NCBI GenBank assembly: GCA_052327205.1
Contig: CM126224.1
Span: 29,078,001 to 29,142,000, forward strand
Direction: 5' to 3'
DNA: 64,000 bases
Source: Somniosus microcephalus
Taxonomy: Eukaryota
Made by a program: the position numbers and the translations under genes. Each line of letters starts with the position of its first letter. Within the stretch, counting starts at the first letter, position 1. This document shows, in pieces, positions 23,785-36,228 of this stretch. Below the pieces are notes generated by a model. It had not been told where the DNA came from and ran no database searches. It worked only from the letters and a program-made list of their open reading frames with translations.

Positions 23785-24652
23785 TCGCAGTATTGTCCAG
23801 TGAACTGGTTTGGACAGTTGCAGAAGTACAAGTTGATGCCGTCAATGCAGGTCCCGCCGTTTTTACATTTGTGGTTTATGCAGTCATCTATATCATTCTC
23901 ACAGTTCATTCCAGTGTAGCCCTGATCGCAGTTACACTTGTAACCTTCCACCAAATCGCTGCAATTACCATGAATACAGAGACTGGACACGCAGTCATCG
24001 ATGTTGATTTCACACCTTGTGCCTTCCCACCCGGCAACGCAATTGCACTGGAAAAGGTCAAATAGATCTTCGCACGTTCCATTATTCTGGCATGGGTTTG
24101 AGGAACATACTTCTGTGCCAAAGCATCCAATTTGAGCCGGGCGACCGCTCACTATAACAAACTGTTCAGTGTTTGTAAAAAAATGTTGATTGAAGTAAGG
24201 AAGATATATTCCACCAATTTTAACCACTCCAAGACAACCTGTAAAATTGTTGCTTAGTGTTATATTCACATTGTCTCGAAGAAAATTTAAGTTCCCAGCA
24301 GTGACTGTGCTGGTAAAATTGGAATTTCCATTAACAATAATGATCCACTTTGATGACATCACAAAAGGCTCCACCATCGCAATGAGCACTGAATGCCACT
24401 GTCCATCTGAGATGTTGATGTTACTCGAGAGAGTGAGGCCTTCCACACTGTTCCCACTATACAATCTGAACTGCAACTGCGAATTGTGGAAACCAAACCA
24501 AACAGAATCGGCACCATTGCTGGCCTGCAGCAGAACAGCATCCATATCTCTGGTTTTGAAGCCCATGGAAATGCTTATGAGATCTCTTGTGATTAACTGG
24601 TTGCCAATGTATACAATTGGATTTTCACCTTGAAATGTTGCATTAGCATGAC
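23785..24652 (-). CDS. CRB2: Crumbs-family internal exon (868 bp; laminin G3 + 3 EGF)
   Basis: gttcacag|GT CAT GCT ... TGC GA|gtaagc; ISDGQWH, FTGCLGVVKIGGIYLPYF, then three EGF repeats; phase 1 to 2. Confidence 0.95.
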
Positions 24653-24741
24653 CTGTGAACAGCCACAAAAATAGAAGATACATTAAGTTAAGTTATCTCA
24701 TTGAAACCTGCGCTGTTGATTCATCCCCGCCTTTGGATCCC

Positions 24742-25270
24742 TTCCACAACCTCCCCTCCCGCAACCTCCCCTCCGCAACCTCCCCCTCCGCAACCTCCCC
24801 CTCCGCAACCTCCCCCTCCGCAACCTCCCCCTCCGCAACCTCCCTTTCCGCAACCTCCCCCTCCGCAACCTCCCCCTCCGCAACCTCCCCTCCCGCAACC
24901 TCCCCTCCCGCAACCTCCCCTCCCGCAACCTCCCCTTCGCAACCTCCCCCTCCGCAACCTCCCCCTCCGCAACCTCCCGTTCCACAACCTCCCCTCCACA
25001 ACCTCCCCTTCCACAACCTCCCCTCCGCAACCTCCCCCTCCACAACCCTCCCCTTCCACAACCTCCCCTTCCACAACCTCCCCCTCCAGCAACCTCCCCC
25101 TCCAGCAACCTCCCCTCCAGCAACCTCCCCTCCCGCAACCTCCCCTTCCACAACCTCCCCTTCCACAACCTCCCCCTCCACAACCTCCCCCTCCACAACC
25201 TCCCCTTCCACAACCTCCCCCTCCACAACCTCCCCCTCCACAACCTCCCCCTCCGCAACATCCCCTTCCT
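24742..25270. repeat. 15-bp minisatellite (caacctccccctccg)n
   Basis: About 35 tandem variant units; explains the spurious ATSPS/QPPPP/GEVAE ORFs. Confidence 0.95.
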
Positions 25271-25542
25271 TACACAAGGATCTGCTTTTGAAGAAACAAA
25301 GATCTGTGCAACTAACGGTTGGTATATTTGGAACCAACTGCCTCCAGTTTGGTTAATGTTTTTGATGGAAATACCCACCCATGTGAGGAACTGCCAAATT
25401 ACATTGGCTGAATTGTTATATTATAACCCAAAGTTCTACTGATATGAAGAAAAGGCTGCAGTCCAATAAGTTGCTTTAAGGGCACCTGAATCTTTTTGCA
25501 AGGCTTTGTGAAAAGCCGCCCTGGTTTTAATAAAGCTACGCA

Positions 25543-25996
25543 GTGTCAGCTGTGGCTCAGTGGTAGCACTCTCGCCTCTGAGTCAAAAGGTTGTGGGTTC
25601 AAGCCCCACTCCAGAGACTGGAGCACATAATCCAGGCTGACACTCCCAGTGCAGTACTCAGGAAGTGCTGCACTGTCGGAAGTGTCGTCTTTCGAATGAG
25701 GCCCCGTCTGCCCCTTTAGCTGGGCGTAAAAGATCCCAGGGCACTATTTCAAAGAAGAGCAGGGGATTTATCCCCGGTGTCCTGGCCAATATTTATCCCT
25801 CAACCAACATCACTAAAGCAAGATTATCTGGTCATTAACACATTGCTGTTCATGGGATCTTGCGTGCAAATTAGCTGCCGCGTTTCCTAAATTGCAACAG
25901 TGACTACACTTCAAAATAAAAGTGCTTTGGGCTGTAAAGCGCTTTGGGACATCCTGAAGCCGTGAAAGGCGCGATATAAATGCAAGTCTTTCTTTC
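25543..25996 (+). mobile_element. Near-complete tRNA-derived Deu-domain SINE
   Basis: A box tggctcagtgg, B box ggttcaagccc, Deu-like core and (tctt)n tail. Confidence 0.8.
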
Positions 25997-27019
25997 TGGG
26001 TGGGATTTTTGTCCAATTTTATTTTTTAAAATATAAGTATGGAAATATGGGGAATTTGGATAAGAAATTCTGTTTATGGAGGGACAAATCCAATGTACGG
26101 GTTTATTTAATATATTATTCAATGGAAGAAAACTCCTGTTCTAGTGAATTCACCAGCCATTCAGATAGAAAACATGGGGATTAATCTGCCTCTGTTTAGC
26201 CCATAAGGAACAGCAGAATGTCTCACAGGGGTCATTGAGAAGTGGTACCTTGCGGTCACAAAGTACTTTATCTCTGTGTACTGGTTGAATCTCTACATTT
26301 TTTCATTTCAGTTCAGCTATTGGAAACAGTCTTCTATTTCAGTCTCTCTCTCAGCGGGCATGGTCTACTTTAGTTCAGATTGACAATCTGAAGAAATGGA
26401 GAATGTAGTTGATCCTTTGGCTCAGGTATACCTTGAATGCCCCATTTAGTAATTTCCAGGTAATCCATTCTAGTTAATAGTCAGTTGTTTCTGCTTTCTT
26501 TAGTTCATCGGACTGTCAATTAACGTTCCTGATGTGATCACATTCAGTTATAACAAAGCTGATTTTAATATTGGACATTCAGTATCAGTGGCAGTTTTCC
26601 ACATGCTAAGTTTCTGTTCTTCCTGTTAGGGGAAGCACCCAAGTGTAGGCTTCGTACTTTCCCACAGGGAAGAAGAGAAAATCAGTTGCTGAATTATCAG
26701 GGACAGTTCTCAGGCTTGTGCCAGTTACTTTTGCTCCCTTACTCTGGAAAATGGTGCAAGAGTGGGAAATCTGTAGGAAAGGAAAAAAACTTAAAATGTA
26801 AGATTTCACGATACGGTACTGTCCTTGGGGGAAGATTTCCCCCCTGTTTGCTATTCTTTACAGTTATATTTACAATTTTGTTACAAGTCGCAAATGAGAA
26901 TTTTTCCCAATGTTGCTTAATTATTCCATCCCAAATTGTTTTAAAGTCTAAAATGAGAATAGTGTTTTGTCACTTTTTTTGAAAGAAGGTCTCTTGAAGC
27001 TGGTGCATTATTTTAGCCT

Positions 27020-27236
27020 TCCAGAGTATAAGCCACACCCTGATGGGCCACTGGCCTCTGAGTATAGGGCACACACTGATGGGCCCTGGCCTCTCGGAGT
27101 ATAGGGCACACACTGATGGGCCCTGGCCTCCCAGAGTATAGGGCACACCCTGATGGGCCACTGGCCTCCCAGAGTATAGGGCACACCCTGATGGGCCCTG
27201 GCCTCAGAGTATAGGGCACACACTGATGGGCCACTG
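27020..27236. repeat. ~36-bp minisatellite (agagtatagggcacacactgatgggccctggcctc)n
   Basis: Six tandem copies visible. Confidence 0.9.
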
Positions 27237-27554
27237 GTTTAATTTCATCTGAATGCCTGATGTCAGCTGTTGGGAAGTGAGCTGAACCCAGGAACTGTTC
27301 CATAGTGGAAGAAAGAAAATTAGAAGGAAATTTAGCCCTAAGTCACTCTTCTGCAAATCCTACCAACCAAGGCAAAGTAATGTTAGCAGACAACTAAAAT
27401 CAGATCTTCCAATTCTCTCCTCATCCACTGTCAGTGCATGGTATAGGGAGATGAGAGAGAAAAATTGAAGTTTAAAATAAAGAACTTAATTCAGTGTAGT
27501 GTGTACTTTGAGGTTTAATGTTTCAAAACTTGCAATAGATTTTTAAAAGACTAT

Positions 27555-28241
27555 GGCCTAGAAATTGGGTTTTGGCGCAGCGACGGCTTTAGCGCCGGAA
27601 GTTAGTGCCGGAGCTAAGTCGCGCTGGGTGGGCCAAAAATTCACTACTTCTGCGCCCAAACGGCTGCCGGCGCTGCTGAAAGCTGTTAGCGCCTGAAAAC
27701 TGGCGCTATGCGCTGAATTTCGGCGCTATTCCGGCGCTGCGGCGCCCGCTGCGGTGCGGCAGGTTCGGGAAGTGCAGGCCTCCTCCTTCCCTTAAGGAGG
27801 AGCTGCCTGCACCCGGCCGCGGCCCGCGATAATCTTTTTAAAAATGAGCCCGGCACCTCGGACAAGTGCCGGGCTTGCTTCTGTTCCGGGGGGGGGGGGG
27901 GGGGAAGTCCGGGGAGGGAGCTGCGGCCAGGCGGGCGGCGGGAAAGCGGCCGGCCGCCGCGGGGCCTTTAATGCGCCGGCGCAACGTTCTGTAAGGCACC
28001 TCTGCCAGAACGTTGCTTGCGGCTGCCACGGGCGAGGCGGCCGCAACTCAATTTCCGAGTTCGGGCGGGTTACCATGGCAACCGGGACGCTGCGCACACC
28101 GATGACGTCATCGGTGCCGGCGCAGCGCTACCGGCCTAACGCCGATTTAGGGCCCCTGTCAATTTCAAAACTGGCCATAACTTCGCCGCTAGGCCCTCTA
28201 GCGCCTCAAAAGCGGCGCTAAGGCCAGTGAATTTCTAGGCC
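27555..28241. mobile_element. GC-rich PIF/Harbinger-like MITE
   Basis: 12-bp TIR ggcctagaaatt / aatttctaggcc with 3-bp TSD TAT (27552-54, 28242-44); CpG-rich interior. Confidence 0.72.
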
Positions 28242-28310
28242 TATATTTTTAATGTTTCCTGGTATCTGAATATTTGCTTATACAATTAAATGAATTCTTG
28301 CAGTTCTTAC

Positions 28311-28476
28311 ATTCATATCCACCTGGAAGGTTCTGACAGTGACATCCTGCAGGGCATGGATCAGTCTCACACCACACTTTCTCCGCACAGGTTCTTCCAG
28401 TGAACGCCTGTGGACATTGACATTCAAAATCGTTCCACGTCACAGTACAATTGCCTCCATTTTGGCAAGGAACATC
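28311..28476 (-). CDS. CRB2: Crumbs-family internal exon (166 bp; EGF repeats)
   Basis: ttttatgcag|GAT GTT CCT ... TAT GAA T|gtaaga; [22 protein letters not shown]...GGYE; phase 0 to 1. Confidence 0.94.
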
Positions 28477-29334
28477 CTGCATAAAAGCAATAAGTATGTC
28501 GGTCACACAAACCAATTTCTTTTTCACTATATATCATTTTGTCACATCTGTCAGTAGTAACTACACCATCTGAGTACAATATATAATTTAGTTTATGTTT
28601 CCTACATTACAACAGCGACTTCACTTCAAAAGTACTTAACTGACCGTAAAGTGGTTTGGGACGTCCTGATTTCATGAAAGGCGCTATATAAATGCAGATC
28701 TTTCTTTTGTTAATAGATTGTAATGAGAATGTGCAAGGATCAGTTTTACTTTTGTGTTTGAAAATGCCAGTGCAATGAGAGTGAATCTCTTGAATATTCA
28801 CAGCAATGCTTTTTAGAGAAAGTTTCAGCTCACACCCAGCAGGGGTAGTTTAACCAGACTACAAGCTAACGATGTTTACTTGTTGCAATACTCCAACCTA
28901 CAACATGGCTCTAACACCAGCAGTACATGAATAAGTGTGGAAGATTAGGGGGAACTCGGTGCTGCCTTGAAACAAGCATCTCCTTTAGTAAAAGCTTAAC
29001 ATTTTTCAGGTTCTAGGAAAACATTAAAAATAAAATGAAAATTTGCTAGGAAGTTCATACATTTTGGATAACACCCTCTATTTTGAATTACCCATAACTA
29101 TTGCACTATTTCACCACTGCTAAGGAAATAGAGATTACAAATTGGCCAACTTTCCACATAGTCAGTCTGCACAAATAGAGATAGGATTTTACATGTTAAA
29201 GCCTCTTCTTCAAAGGATCAGCTGTTCATTTCTAGTTAATATCCATGTTTCTACTTTTAAATTTGATATTTACTTACTTTAACTTCTACATGTTTATTTT
29301 CTTCCCTTTTATTTTCCAGTCCAATGTTCACAAT

Positions 29335-29730
29335 AAGTAGCTTGACTCAGTTGATAACACTCTTGTTTCTGGAGCTCAAATGTTTTGGGTTCAAGTCCCG
29401 CTCCAGGATTTGAACACATTAAACTAGGCTTGGAAGAGCGTTACATTGTTAGAGGTGCCGTCCTTCAAATGAGACATTAAACCAAGGCCTTGTATTCCTG
29501 TTTTTCTTGTTCAGGTTGACATTAAAGATCCTATGGAACATTCCCTCCCAACCAGTTCCACCAGAAGGTTCAATAGTTATTCATCTCATTACACATTCAT
29601 CATTGTGGTATCTCGCGTGCCAAATTGGCTGCTGTCTATCCCTACATAATAGTGATTGCATTTTTAAAAAAAATCACTGTTTATGTAACACTTTGCGATG
29701 TTTCTGAGAGACATGATTAACATGCTACGT
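29335..29730 (+). mobile_element. Diverged tRNA-derived SINE of the same superfamily
   Basis: tgactcagttg...gggttcaagtccc head; gaggtgccgtccttc...gagacattaaaccaaggcc core similar to 2540-2915. Confidence 0.6.
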
Positions 29731-29852
29731 TTACCTATTCAAACAGAAAACTACTAATTTGTAGAGCAGTAGCACAGCATCCTTCATTTTAAACGATATA
29801 TAAACCTAAACCCATTGGTCACACAAAGTATACAGACAAGTTATTTTCTTAC

Positions 29853-30412
29853 CACACAAGAATTATCACTGATGCAGTCCTTGATCACATTTACAAGTGT
29901 TTTATTGTTGTAAACACCCAGGGGTGAGGTGTAATTCCAGATTTCCAGTGGGTAAAACTCCAGTTGGTTATCGTTGAGCCTTATGTCCTGCAGGCAGCCC
30001 TTGAAAGCTCCTCCCCATGCAGCAGGCTCCTCATTCGGACCTTGGCCAACGTGGACAGTGTCGAATGGTTGAATCTTCACAGAAGACAATAGAAAATCTA
30101 GCAAGATAACATCTGATTCGCTAACAGTTACCCAGACTTCATCAAAGCGAATTTCTATCAGTCGTTTAATGCCATCGGCGAGGTTCATAGATGACTCTAT
30201 CATCGTAGTTTTTGTCTCAATACAAATTCTGCTGTTGTTCAGATATATAGTGAGATAAGGAGTTTCCCCCTTGCTGAGTTGTAATATGAAGCCATTTGCC
30301 TTTAGTGTGCGAATGAAAAAAGAAATAACAAATTTTGTGCCGGGATCATCAGTAATAATAAAAGAGGCAGAGCTGCTTGAATTCTTATTGCCGAATGTCG
30401 CAGAGATGTATT
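29853..30412 (-). CDS. CRB2: Crumbs-family internal exon (560 bp; laminin G2)
   Basis: ttctgcag|AA TAC ATC ... TCT TGT GTG|gtaaga; SFFIRTLKANG and WGGAFKGCLQDIRLN motifs; phase 1 to 0. Confidence 0.94.
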
Positions 30413-30760
30413 CTGCAGAAGGGAGAAGAAAATGGATTGGTTGAATGTTTAAAAAATATATCACGCATACCAAATGATATCTGGTGGAGGAATAAGTTAA
30501 ATTCATAAATTAGTTCATGGGTGATTAAACGAATACTTCGTTCAGCATTCAATGGTCATTTTCTTTTGAAAGTTGACCAGATCAGTTTAATCATAGAATC
30601 ATAGAAGTATAGAAATTTACAGCACAGAAGGAGGCCATTTGGCCCATCGTGTCTGTGCTGGCACTCTTTAATACTCCTTAAAGATAAACCAAATATTTAC
30701 CTGTCATTTCTCTCTAAATAAACCATAAATTCAGCTCAGAACTTGTGTTTGTCTCACGTT

Positions 30761-31997
30761 CATAGAAACATAGAAGATAGGAGCAGGAGTAGGCCTCGAG
30801 CCTGTTCCGCCATTTAATGAGATCATGGCTGATCATCCAAATTCAGTACCCTGTCCCTGCCTTCTCCCCATATCCCTTGATCCCTTTAGCCTTAAGAAAT
30901 ATATCCAACTCCTTTTTTTTGAATATATTTAATGAATTGGCCTCAACTGCCTTGTGTGGTAGAGAATTCCACAGGTTCACCACTCTCTGGGTGAAGAAAT
31001 TCCTCCTCATTTCAGTCCTAAATGGCTTACCCCTTATCCTTAGACTGTGACCCCTGGTTCTGGACTCCCCGCCATCGGGAACATCCTTCCTGCATCTAGT
31101 CTGTCTAGTCCTGTTAGAATTTTATAAGTTTCAATGAGATCCCCTCTCATTCTTCTAAACTCTAGCGAATACAAGCCTAATCGACCCAATCTCTCTTTAT
31201 ACGTCATTCCTGCCATCCCAGGTATCAGTCTGGTGAATCTTCGCTGCACTCCCTCCATGGCAAGAACATCCCTTCCTCAGATAAGGCGACCAAAACTGTA
31301 CGCAATACTCAAGGTGTGGTCTCACCAAGGCCCCGTACAACTGCAGCAAGACATCCTTGCTCCTGTACTCAAATCTTCTCGCTATGAAGGCCAACATACC
31401 ATTTGCCTTCTTAACCGCCTGCTGCACCTGCATGCTTACCTTCAGCGACTGGTGCACAAGGACACCCAGGTCTCGTTGCACTTCCCCTTCTCCCAGTCTA
31501 TTGCCGTTCAGATAATAATCTGCCTTCCTGTGTTTGCCACCAAAGTGGATAACCTCGCATTTATCCACATTGGGCAGATGCATGGCAGATGCAGTATTAT
31601 CACCCAACCTGTCCAAATCATACTGGAGTTTCTCTGCATCCTCCTCACAGCACACACGCCCACCCAGCTTTGTGTCGTCTGCAAACTCGGAGATATTACA
31701 TCTAGTTCCCTCGTCTAGATCATTAATATATATTGTGAATAACTGGGGTCCTAGCACCGATCCCTGTGATACCCCACTAGTCATTGCCTGCCACTCAGAA
31801 AAAGACTCATTTATTCCAACTCTTTGCTTCCTGTCTGCCAACCAGTTCTCTATCCAAGACTGTACCTTACCCCCAATCCCGTGTGCTTTAACTTTGCACG
31901 CTAATCTCTTATGCGGGACCTTATCGAAAGCCTTCTGAAAGTCCAGATACACCACATCCACTGGTTCTCCCTTATCTATTCTACCAGTTACATCCTA
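30761..31997 (-). mobile_element. CR1 LINE 3' fragment (RT domain)
   Basis: DVVYLDFQKAFDKVPH...QGSVLGPQLFTIYINDL...FADDTKL. Confidence 0.9.
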
Positions 31998-33384
31998 CAG
32001 ACCAAAGCTGCAGCTATGTGCATGGTACTTCCCTGATGACTTTATTCGCCACATTCTCTTGCCTTGTGTTCCAGGCCACTTGTAAAATACAATCTGCTTT
32101 CCTATTCACAATATAAAACCGTTCTCTCACTTTTCTCAATTTCTGTTGGTTAACAACCTCAGTGACTGGCAAGCTACTAATGATTTTTACTCATTACAGT
32201 TCAATTCCTGTTCTTTACAGAGCCTGTTATCTGTCAATTTGTTTTTTAGCTAAAAATGGCAAAACAGAAAAGGTTTTCTTTGAGTAAAAGAAATTACCTC
32301 GATTTTGCCGTTATTTTGCCTATTATTTTTAACCTGATGTGTGTTTTTTTTGCTATAATCAGGATGGTGTGATCACTGAAAGTAAATAATAAAAAAAACT
32401 ATTAACAGCTATGTATCCTCATTGGGCAGTTGAAGCACATGCAAAAAAAAAAGTTTGTAAAGTAAACAACCATTCCTGGAAGTGCTTTGGGAATCTCCCA
32501 GTTAATTCTTTGGACTCAAATAATAATTTTCAGCTGGAAAAGAGGAAGAAGCTTTAAATACAAAAATCCATGTTACTATTTCATAAGAGCTAAAGGGAAT
32601 CTACTAATCAACATTCTCTTGTTTTTTTCCCCCCTAATAAACAATGTAAACCGTTTTTTATCACAGGTGATGTTAGCTGCTGCTGGGTGTAGTGGCTCCA
32701 CAGCTGACCCACAAAGCACCATTGCCAGTTTGGGTATCTTCATGATGCCAAAGGCTTCAAAGCTGCCCAATTAAGAATGTTCCAGTGGAAGTGGAGTCCT
32801 GTAATGATGCCCTCACACCACACATATGTGCAATAAAAAGGGTCTTTGGATTCCCAATTACTCTCCTACAAGCCTACGGAGAGTGACGCCAGGAAGGTAT
32901 TGTTACAGGGTGGAGGGAGGGTGGATGTGTCCAGTGGTTGGTATAATGCTGCTAATACAGTCCGCTTATAGTGGGTGCGTTGGATGGTAAAATGATCTAT
33001 GGTTGTAGAAATTAAACAGTGGCCCCAGACACCCTCCAGAGGATCCGGAGTGCATCATTAAAAGTTACAAAGCTAAAGTAAATCCAAGTGTGTTAAAGGT
33101 AGCATCACATGACAGATGCTGGAGGCTGAATCAAATAAACTGCTAAAAAAAAAGTTTGAACAATTAATTTGAGTTTAATGTACTTCAAAAATCGCCTTAT
33201 TAAATGGAGCTTGAAACTTCCGTGTTAATTTTTGAAAGGCGGCAGCTGCAGTTCGGGAGCTTAAAAAATTGACAAGCACATATTTTAGAGGGAAGGCGTT
33301 AACAACATGTGTTTTTCTGCAGAAAATAGTTCGTGAAAACTTAGTCTAACAATACCCACTGATTTCTCCACCTGTGTACCTGGC

Positions 33385-35108
33385 CACCTCTCTCCCCCTC
33401 CCCCTCCCTCCCTCTCTCTCCCCCCTCCCACCCTCCCTCCCCTCCCTCTCTCTCCACCCTCCCTCCCCTCCCTCTCCCACCCCCTTCCCTCCTCCTCTCC
33501 CTCCATCTACTCCCTCCCTCCCCTCTCTCCCACCCCCTTCTCCCCCTCCCTCCCCTCTCCCCCCTCCCTCCCCCCCTCTCCACCCCCCTTCCCCCTTCCT
33601 CCCTCTCCCCCCTTCCTCCCCCTCTNNNNNNNNNNNNNNNNNNNNNNNNNNNNNNNNNNNNNNNNNNNNNNNNNNNNNNNNNNNNNNNNNNNNNNNNNNN
33701 NNNNNNNNNNNNNNNNNNNNNNNNNNNNNNNNNNNNNNNNNNNNNNNNNNNNNNNNNNNNNNNNNNNNNNNNNNNNNNNNNNNNNNNNNNNNTCTCCCCC
33801 ACCCCCCTCTCCCACCCCCCCTCCCTCGCTCTCTCCCACCCCCCTCCTCGCTCTCTCCCACCCCCTCCGTCCCCCTCTCCCACCCCCCTCTCCCCACCCC
33901 CCTCTCTCCCACACCCCCTCTCCCTCGCTCTCTCCCACCCCCTCCCTCGCTCTGTTCCACCCCCCCTCCCTCGCTCTCTCCCACCCCCTCCCTCGCTCTC
34001 TCCCACCCCCTCCCTCGCTCTCTCCCAACCCCCTCCCTCGCGCTCTCTCCCACCCCCTCCCTCGCTCTCACCCACCCCCCTCGCTCTCACCCACCCCCCC
34101 TCGCTCTCTCCCACCCCCTCGCTCTCTCCCACCCCCCTCCCTCCCCCTCTCCCACCCGCCACCCCCCCCTTCCCCCTCCCCTCTCCCAACCCCTCCCTCC
34201 CCCTCTCCCAACCCCCTCCCACCCCCCTCCCTCCCACACCCTTCCTCCTATCTCCCACCCCCCTCCCTCTCTCCCCCTCCCTCCCTCCCACACCCTCCTT
34301 CCCACTCCCTCTCTCTCCCCCCTTCTCTCCCTCCCTCTCTCCCCCCCCTCTCTCTCTCTCTCTCTCCCCCCTCCCTCCTTCTCCTCTCTCTCTCTCTCTC
34401 GCCCTCCCTCCCACCTTCTCTCCTCTCCCTCCCCACCTTCTCCCTTCTCCCTCCCCTCCCCCCCTTCTCCCTCCCCCTCCCCCCCTTCTCCCTCCCCCTT
34501 CTCCCTCCGTTCTCCCCCCCTCCCTCCCCCCTTCTTCCCCCTCCCTCCCTCCCCCCTTCTTCCCCCTCCCCCCTTCTCCCCCTCCCTCCCCCCTTCTTCC
34601 CCCTCCTCCCCCCTTCTTCCCCCCTCCCTCCCCCCCTTCTCACCCCCCTCCCTCCCTTCTTCCCCCCTCCCTCCCCCCTTCTTCCCCCCTCCCTCCCCCC
34701 TTCTTCCCCCTCCCTCCCACCTTCTTCCCCCTCCCTCCTCCTCCCCCTCCTCCCCTCTCCCTCCCTTCTCCCTCACCCCCCTTTCTCTCTCTCCTTCTCC
34801 CCCTCTCCCCTTCCCCCCTTTTCCCCCTCCCTTCTCCCCTTCNNNNNNNNNNNNNNNNNNNNNNNNNNNNNNNNNNNNNNNNNNNNNNNNNNNNNNNNNN
34901 NNNNNNNNNNNNNNNNNNNNNNNNNNNNNNNNNNNNNNNNNNNNNNNNNNNNNNNNNNNNNNNNNNNNNNNNNNNNNNNNNNCCCTTCCCCCTTCTCCCC
35001 TCTCTCTTTCTCCCCTCTCCCTCCCCCCTTCTCCCCTCTCCCCTCCCCTCCCCCCTTCTCCCCTCTCCCTCCTTTCTCCCCTCCCCCTCCCTCTCTCTCC
35101 CTCCCTCT
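33385..35108. repeat. C/T-rich low-complexity tract with two assembly gaps (N runs)
   Basis: Almost pure polypyrimidine on the + strand; N runs near 33626-33792 and 34843-34982. Confidence 0.95.
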
Positions 35109-35850
35109 AGACAGAAACCGCCACTGCTGTTCGCGCTGTAGCACTGACGACTGCAACCTCTTTTATTGTGATTAGTCCAAAATGACTAAATACAGTTTCT
35201 TATATTTTGCCACTGAAATGTCAGGATGCTTTAGATGATTTCAAATGCTCTCCCTCAGGAACAAAAGTGCAAAGAACTTCCTGAATTGCCCGATGGAGCC
35301 GACGTGGTGAATATGTTGTGATTGATTTCTATGGTGATGGTAAATGGTTATCATTAATTGCCCAGTATAGACGGTTGCCTGCCATTAGCATGGGCGCTAT
35401 AAGTGGTGGGGACTGTAATGTAAAAGTGCCTTTTTAACTGCATTTTATATTAATTACCCGAGTGTTTTTTCACCAAAGATTAGCCAGCCCTCCCCCAGTT
35501 AAATGTTCAGAGGTACCAGGTCCAGACCTGTACCGGCCAGTCACACCACTCCAGTCTGAAAAGTTGCCTTAATATCTACAAACTAAATCCCGATGGAGAA
35601 TCTAAAGTGGAAGTATAATAACGTCTTCGGTATCGCACTCGGGAGTAGAATAATCCTACATTAGTACACACTTTACCCTGTTCTTTGATCATATTTTTTG
35701 AAGAGAGATTGGGTGAATCTTGTGCACATTGTTTGGAATGGAAGTCTGCATTAAGCACTGCCATGTAAACAGAGGTTCTATTTACCTTTCCTCAATAATC
35801 TGCCCAAACAACAACCTTAAAATAGCATTATCTACTGCACCAGTGTGAAA

Positions 35851-36228
35851 TAGAAACATAGACATAGAAACATAGAAGATAGGAGCAGGAGTAGGCCATT
35901 CAGCCCCTCGAGCCTGCTCCGCCATTCAATGAGATCATGGCTGATCATCCAAATTCAGTACCCTGTCCCTGCTTTCTCCCCATACCCCTTGATCCCTTTA
36001 GCCTTAAGAAATATATCTAACTCTTTCTTGAATATATTTAATGAATTGGCCGCTACTGCCTTCTGCGGTAGAGAATTCCACAGGTTCACCACTCTCTGGG
36101 TGAAGAAATTCCTCCTCATCTCTGTCCTAAATGGCCTACCCCTTATCCTTAGACTGTGACCCCTGGTTCTGGACTCCCCCGCCATCGGGAACATCCTTCC
36201 TGCATCTAGTCTGTCTAGTCCTGTTAGA
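35851..36228 (-). mobile_element. CR1 3' fragment
   Basis: Near-identical to the copies at 10041, 22660 and 30761; (catagaaa)n tail. Confidence 0.85.

Noticed and set aside
24655-25378. Long Pro/Ser/Thr- or Gly/Arg/Glu-rich ORFs on both strands
   Set aside because: Translations of a stop-free 15-bp minisatellite in an intron.
27020-27236. ~36-bp repeats resembling a CRISPR array
   Set aside because: Head-to-tail tandem units with no unique spacers, in a vertebrate intron.
33285-35156. 578-aa Pro-rich ORF and antisense Gly/Arg/Glu ORFs
   Set aside because: Low-complexity tract spanning N gaps; not coding.
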